This document shows positions 56,701 to 64,000 of a stretch of DNA of 64,000 nucleotides, one piece after another; the first letter of the stretch is position 1; the number at the start of each line of letters is the position of its first letter. Source of the DNA: Dimorphilus gyrociliatus (Eukaryota; Animalia; Annelida); the NCBI GenBank assembly GCA_904063045.1, contig CAJFCJ010000044.1, forward strand, positions 1 through 64,000, in the 5' to 3' direction. Below the pieces are notes generated by a model, which was not told where the DNA came from, did no database searches, and was given only the letters and a program-made list of their open reading frames with translations. Position numbers and translations under genes: made by a program.

Positions 56701-59011
56701 AATATTAGACTGCAATACTGAAGAACAATATTTGTGCGGTAGAAAGTGTTTACCAATTGCAACGGAATGCAATTTTATAGTTGATTGCAGTTTTGGAAAT
56801 GATGAAAAGGATTGCAACGCAAAGGATTATGCAAAGAAATATAAGAATAAAAATAGATGTCTTTTAATCGAGAGTGGAGGCTTCCTTATTAGAAAACCGG
56901 GCTATCCTGTAGACGATGAAGAAATGTGTAGAGGAAGAAAATGCGGACCACGCTCTTATGAGTGTTATCATGAAAAGTTTTGTATCCAGGTAGAAAATGT
57001 CTGCGATGGAATAAATCATTGTCTGTATGGAGATGATGAAGTAGATTGCGGTATTATAAACAAAAAAATAAGAAACAATCCATTTCTCATTGGCCTATAA
57101 CTGTATAAATTGATTCTAGAAAATTTTACTTCTACTGGACATTTCAAATGTAGATATGAAATATACTATTTAAAAATTAGAAGAATATGTGATGGAATTG
57201 TAGACTGTGTTCATGGTTCTGATGAACTCTTTTGTTCTGTAGAAGAACAAAATATCATAGATCTTGAAAATATTCCAGAATCAAAAAATTGTGATATTTC
57301 AATATTATGGAATTTAGATTGTATCAATGAGCAAACTGACAATCACTTAAAAATCGATTTCTTATCTAGAACAGGTTTTAAAAGAGTTTCAATTAAAGGA
57401 AGTTACTTTCTTGAAGTTTCATCATTGTTTCTTACTGTTTTACATATTGAGAACAATTATTTGCTTAAAGATTCGGAAGTGAAGGCTTTAAATCTTTTCT
57501 CTCTTAACTTGTATAATAACAGTCTAAAAGATTTAAAATTTTTAAATAATAAAGAATTACCATTATTACATTTTTTAAATTTATCAAAAAATCCAATTGA
57601 ATCAATTGATCTTTTAAATATTATAAAATTTCCAAGATTGACAGTATTGGACGTCTCTAATGTTAAATTAAAAGTACTCACATCAAACACATTTCAAACT
57701 GCAAAAAATTTGAAAGTATTTTACTTGATGAAAAGTTTTATTGAAAGTATTGAAAAATATACATTTTCTAATGTTCAGTATTTGGGATATATCCATTTGA
57801 ATAAGACAACAATTCCTTTGAAAAATGCAACATATTTTTTAAAAGAATTAAAGAAAATATCAGTAATATTTACTGAACAATTTCAAATATGTTGTCTGCT
57901 AGAGAGAATAGCTAAAGGAAATATATTGTGCAGACCAAAACCAACATTTTTTTTAACTTGCCATAATATTATCCCAGCAAATTGGTTAAGATTTTATAAT
58001 TGGATTTTATCTCTTGTGGGTATTTTTGGAAATTGTGCATCATTCATTTTTCTCATGTTAAAAGAGAAAAAATCTCTAAAATGTTTTAGATCTTTATTAA
58101 TATTCAGTGACTTATCAACACTACTCTATACTTTTTCGATTTGTATAGCAGATTTAGTACTTTCAGGAAATCAATATTTACAAACTGAAAAAAAATGGAG
58201 AAATGGGATACTATGTAAAATATTAGGAAGTATGGTATCATTTTCATTAATTTTCTCAATAACAAATATTGTAGTTATAACATTTGAAAGATACGAGGCT
58301 ATTTGCAGGCCTATGAAACAAAGTTTTATTAAACTACATGCAATAATTATATCAATAGCTATTTCTTTCGTTTGCATAGCAATAACATGTATTCCTTTAA
58401 TTTTTCATAAAGTATATTCTGACTATTAAAAATCTGACCTAATTTTTGTTTTTTATTTTTTTAATTTCTAGAACTTCTATTCAAAGTCATCAATCTGTTT
58501 AAATGTCTATATAAGAACCGATTCAACTGGAGGATCAATTTATTCATTTATCGTCTTTGGTGTTTTGATATTCTTACTCAGTATGATTGTATTGATAATT
58601 TATCTTCGAATATTTTTACTAATAAGAGCACGAAATAAGAAAAGTATTGTAAAACAGAATGCAAAAAATGACATAGTTCTATCAAAAAAAGTATATTTTG
58701 TGTCATTATCAAATGTTCTTTGTTGGGCTCCACTTTCTTTTCTTGGTAAATAGAAAAACGGCAACTAAAGACTGACAATTAATTTTTTACTTTTTTCTTT
58801 GTTTATAGCAATATTGTCAATGTTTATTCAAGTTGATTTTAGTAATGATACATATGCAGTTATAATTTCTTTGCTTGTGCCTTTAAATTCAATGATTAAT
58901 CCGTATATTTATTCACTGGACGATTTCAAAAAACTAACTACACTCTCTAAGTGCAGGTTATACACTCTTCTCTCATTCATACACCAAATTAATGACATAG
59001 TTACTCTATAG
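53733..59011 (+). CDS. GRL101-like receptor: possible SRCR-like N-terminus, multiple LDLa, LRRs, complete 7TM (multi-exon, some apparent frameshifts)
   Basis: LDLa from 56160 (CDGTIDCSTNDDESNC etc.), LRRs (SLNLYNNSLKDL, LNLSKNPIESI), hinge ICCL...CRP, TM3 FERY, introns about 58418-58472 and 58746-58808, TM6 CWAP, TM7 NSMINPYIY. The 53.7-55.3 kb link (ICKHFGF..G..MYC..NSTSVEDC) is less certain. Confidence 0.85.
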
Positions 59012-59029
59012 TATTTAAAAAATGTCTTT

Positions 59030-59730
59030 ATATAGAGATATAAAGGTGTTTTTAGGCATATTCCAGTGTAACTCATCTAGAAATACAAACTAAACTCTTG
59101 CTGATAGTTTCCATTTATTCTCTTATAGAAAATTGATTGCAGAAAGAGAGAAAAGACAACTGGATAATAGTTTGTATTATAATATATTAACAAATATGTT
59201 AAATATTTACATAATTCAACTATTTCAATATTTTTTTTTCAACAGAAAAAGAGCAATATTTTTCAAAAGCGTTCAATAGAATTTTACAAGTAAAATGTCT
59301 TGAAAAATATGCCTTTACTAAAAATAGCTATAAAAAATTTGCATATTTTTTTTGTATTAAAGAAATATGTTATGATTTAAAAACTTTTCATTCAAATTTC
59401 ATCAGCATTGATTGCAAAAATATTGAAGAAATCATTTTCGTTCAGGTGATTTTCATGAAACACAAAATGAAAATATTGATATTATTTTAAATTATATAGA
59501 GAAATATCAAACATGGTTATACACTTTTACCTGAAACTTATAATATACTTGATAAGGAAAAAGAGATGGCTGATATTTTCTCTTTTGGATCTTTTATTCG
59601 AAGAATCTTGCAAAATGATCAAAGAGTTTGAATGTGTAAAACACAAATTATCAACATTTTATAATATTACAAATATATTAGTTATGAATCTAAGACTTAA
59701 AACAGTATTTATTCAATGTTTAATATAAAG
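59030..59730 (+). pseudogene. Protein-kinase-like domain remnants
   Basis: In order: YKGVFRHIPV (59039), KYLHN (59201), GYTLLPE...ADIFSFG (59515-59589). Interrupted by stops, introns or frameshifts. Confidence 0.45.
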
Positions 59731-61327
59731 CCTTCATTCAAAAGACAATATTTAAGCAAGTAATTGTATCAAAGTTCATTGTCAGTAAACATAGTTTATA
59801 GTAGTTTGCTTTGCCAAACTAGCATTTAGTTAGTTAGGGTAGAAGGTTTCTACCTAAATGATACTGTTGCTATATGATGTTTTCAGATTGTTGATGGAAA
59901 ATTGAATAGTTTATTCACCATTTAGCTAGTGTCTAACATCCGATCATCCTTTGTACAGTCCTCACTTATCACCTTTAGCATATTATCTGTTTATTGAACT
60001 AGCAGACACACCTAGTGGAAATTTGCTAGAGATATTTTATTCACTTCAATCAAGAGTATAGAAAACATCTTGCAGAGTATAAATAAAAGCGGATTTAACA
60101 TTCATAAAGTACATCATAAGCAAAGATGATGAAACTAACTTTAAAAGAAAGGTGGTAAGTTCGAAAAACTAATGATCAACTGAGAGCCAAAGCAACTTTA
60201 AGCTTATAGACCAACAGAGTAAATTCTTCCGTCTATTTCAGCATAAATAGCAATTTTTTCTTTTAAATCATTCCTAAATACATTCGGGGGTTTAATTTCC
60301 TAACTCTTTCAGTAACATTTATCGCTTCAGTAGATTTAAATGATGGAAAAATTCCACCAGTTCTTTATTTCTTAATTTGATCATGGACTTATGATAATCA
60401 AGTAGACTAACATGAATATCGATTATCATAAATCTAAATTGGCAGAAAGATAAGGATTCGATTATGTTTAATATGATATAAATTTGTACCTTATTCTTGT
60501 GTTACTGACTTCGTTGATAAATGATCCTATTAGTCAACTCAATTTCATTCTCAAAACAAGATCAAATATTGAAATAAGGTTTGTATATTTGTAATTTTAT
60601 GAAAATTTTATAATCTACATTCAAAAACAATTAGTTTTTTTGTAATTTTCATTCGAAAATATTGAATCAAACAAAAAAGCAAAAGGTTGCATAGACAGGG
60701 GATCAGATATTTATAGCTGAAATTATTCTCTCACCACAAAAACAAGAATTCAAGAGATGAATTCCAGTACAAATAGTCTGCGAATCGTCAACTCAATATT
60801 CACGTCTCAACACCCAAACTATCACACATTTATATTTTTTGGCGCACTATTTTTTATCCTTTTTTAAGATATTAAACATTCAATTAAAACATTTATTGAT
60901 ATTTTTATTACATAAGTACCATTTAGAACAGAATTAATACTAAAGACTAGTATCTGTGGACGAAATTGAGTTTCTATTTCGAAAAGTACTCTGGCAAATC
61001 GGTAAATGATTGGAAAGGATGAACACAGTTATGCAAACCGGAAATTCCTACAATTACAATGCAACACAGTACAAGTATTGGGTAGTTGACAGTCCATGAT
61101 GTTTCTTCGATGACTGATACTTTTATATTGAATTGAATTGTTTGAAAGGAATAATTATTTCTAGTATAGATAATTTGATTTCTTTCAAGCTACATCTTGG
61201 ATATAAAGATGGCAAGGAAACGTTAAGGTTAGCATAAAACTACTTTGAACATTTTCCAACATTTTCCAATTACATTCATGTAATTTTTTTCTTGAAAAGA
61301 TTCCATATTTTACTGTTGAAAGAGATT

Positions 61328-61800
61328 CTAAATATCCATTTTGAAAATCTGACACTTTTCATACAATCGGCTGATTTCTAAATCTGTTCTCTTCTTTCTA
61401 CAAATACAAACAATATCACTTTGAAGAAAATCATCTGGTATAAATGTTGTATTAAGTTCAAAATCAATTTCGTTTGGTTCTTTAGGCCTTGATTTTTGCC
61501 TATTGATATTAGCTAATCTCCTCAGATTTTCCAGTTTTGGTAGGTTATTTTCACTTTCATTTAAATTAATTAATAGATCTTCAGCAATTGCTCTTCCAGA
61601 TGACTTGATGTCTGCATTACAGATTGCTCTCAATTCTTTTCTAGCAGAAATATTCACAATAGGGCTTTTCCTTTTGTTATGATTGTGTTCATGTTTACTC
61701 TTTATGAAAATATTTCCTTTTTGTTGAATAATAACTGGACATTGAATATTCTTATTTCTAACAGAACATGGAAAGAAGAAAATGAAAAATTAATCATTCT
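61328..61800 (-). mobile_element. FLYWCH-MULE fragment
   Basis: CSVRNKNIQCPVIIQQKGNIF...HEHNH...LPKLENLRR...EPNEIDFELNTTFIPDDFL. Confidence 0.8.
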
Positions 61801-62689
61801 TACAAATAACTGCTTTTTTGGCTAAAATTCATCAAAGAAAAGATTAATAATGAAAAATAATGCAAAATAATTATTAGAAATTTTAATACCAACAATAAGA
61901 TAAAATTGTAAAGTTATATTTATCACAAGTTATTTCTATGAATTAATTTGACTTCAAATTTCATTTTTGCCTTAAAGTATAATATATTTTCTTTATACAA
62001 TTCATCACATTTATATTAATATTTTTGAATAAGAAATATTGAAATAATGTGCAAAACATCTTTTTAATTGTTATTATTTTTTTCTGCCAATAATTTTGGT
62101 TCAAATTTGATTAAAATCGGTCAAGTAGTTGCTGAGATATGCATTATAAGAAACATTATATATAAACTCGGTTAAAAGTCTATATAAACAATAATAGGGA
62201 CCGGTCGAAAACGGCCATAAATGAAATATTTGAAAGTTAGATTTCAGCCTGGGAAATGGTTAGGAGGAATAAGATAACTGTTGATATGTTCTTAGGAGGG
62301 TCCCATCTAAGGGTTAGGGGTATTCAAAAAGGTTAGGCAAAAACAAGGGCTGGGTTAGGGTTAGGGTAAAACCATACATTTATGGCTGTTTTCTACCACA
62401 TCCACAATAATATTCAATATCCAAAAAAACTAAATTTGTTAATATTAAAGTTAGAGCTCTGAAATTTTGTACAGATACTAATATTGATACACCGATTACA
62501 AATCTTTTTACAGAATTCAATTATCTTTTATAGTTTGGGAGCTACATTGCGTTAAAGTTTATAATACAAGACTTTTAAAAAAAAAAAAATTGTCTGTTGC
62601 TTTTTAATTATTTTATTCAATTACTTTACTTTAAATCCCATTAATTTCTGCCAAAAGACATAAGTTACTTTTGAACAGTACATTGTCAG

Positions 62690-64000
62690 AGGGATTGGGA
62701 GAAAACGGCCTTGGGAGAAAATGACCTACTTTTGGGAGATAAATATATTAACCTGTGATTATTACAAACATTACATATCTTCTACATTTACCAGTTTTCT
62801 CTGATATTACATAATATGAGCAGCCATGACACAGGAAGTTATTAGTATTTCCTGTTTATTTAATTAAGGAGGATAATAGAAAAATTGAAAGATTATCTTT
62901 GTGTCATTTTATTGAAGGTAATGTTTCTTTATGTGAATCATTAATAATTGGTATTAAAGGTCATTAAAGTTTTTCTTTCTTTATCAAAATTTCAAAAATA
63001 TTTCTTTCCATAACTTTTACTTCAACTTTCTAATCTTTAATACTTATTATTAGAAGATAACCAACATGCCATTGATTTGTTCAAACTGTGAAGGAAGATT
63101 TTTTGGAAGACAAAAAAGATTAAAATGTACAAATTGTAAAAATTTTCTCCATCAGAAATGTTTAAAAGGTAAACTTTCATTCATTCATGTTACATTTTCA
63201 AGTGAATATTTTTTTTCCTATTTTTAGGTGCTGATAATATATGTAAAGCTTGTAAAACTTCTGAACAAAAAACATCAATTGTTGAGAAATGTCAATGTTG
63301 CAATAAAATACTTTTGGGTAATCATTTGACTTTTTTTTATCTTTTTGTGATAATTATTTTTCAGATATCAAAGAGGGAAAATGTACAAATTGTGCAATCA
63401 TCTCTCAGAGAAAATGCTTTGTTCAGCTAAAGAGAATTCCTCAAATTTCCAAAAATACAATTTTTGACAGAGCAGCATCTGACATTGAAAGAGAAAATAT
63501 CAGTGAAATCATTGACATTGATATTGAAAGTGAAGAAATAGACACTGATAATAACAATGCAAATTCTAGTCATATTGAAGACTGCAGAAGTCATGCAAAT
63601 AATATTGAAGAGGATTCTTTTGAAATAAATGACAGCATCATTCCAACAGAATCAGAGAAGACATTTGAACTTATTATTGGAGGCAGTCAAAAAGGAAATG
63701 ATATTTTACTTCATGATGGCTTTGCTTTCAATAAAAAGGTGAAGAGTGTTAGTATAATAGTGTGGAGATGTTCAGTTAGAAATAAGAAAGTTCAGTGTCC
63801 AGTAATAATTAAACAGAAAGGAAATATTTTCATTTCTGATGAAAAGCCTCATGTTCATGAAAAAAGAAAAAGTTTAGTCTCAAATATTAAAGCTAAGAAA
63901 AGTTTGAGAGATATCTGTGAAACTGATAACAAGTCATCAGGGAGAGTTATTGCAGAGATTGTTCTGCTAAAACATGTTGAAGAAGCAAATAGTTTGCCAA
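62690..64000 (+). mobile_element. FLYWCH-MULE 5' part (left end, PHD-like Cys fingers, FLYWCH), runs off the window
   Basis: TTGGGAGAAAA subterminal repeats; ICSNC...CTNC...HQKC; GGSQKGNDILLHDGFAF...WRCSVRNK..CPV. Confidence 0.82.

Overview
AT-rich eukaryotic (animal) genomic DNA with short 45-65 nt GT-AG introns. The GRL101-like LDLa-GPCRs, discoidin/fucolectin-type lectins and FLYWCH-MULE transposons suggest a compact-genome lophotrochozoan-type invertebrate (inference). One assembly gap lies at 19595-20348. The main signal is a family of Ty3/Gypsy-like, envelope-bearing LTR retroelements. Element B (20349-26647) has the non-canonical order RT-RNaseH-IN-PR-acidic linker-Env, with the aspartic protease AFTER the integrase and a class III (gB/chuvirus-G-like) envelope. 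A second, diverged env lineage (element A) lies head-to-head across the gap. There are four LTR-B copies and a solo LTR-A with a 4-bp TSD. A 5'LTR-PBS-gag fragment is fused in frame to a member of a tandem orphan gene family. Also present: a type I hammerhead ribozyme beside a hairpin array and telomere-like repeats, a two-exon Cys-rich secreted peptide precursor, a near-complete LDLa-LRR-7TM receptor followed by kinase-like remnants, an LRR-less paralogue, and many decayed MULE and Tc1 copies. All family assignments come from motif recognition by eye; no database searches were run.
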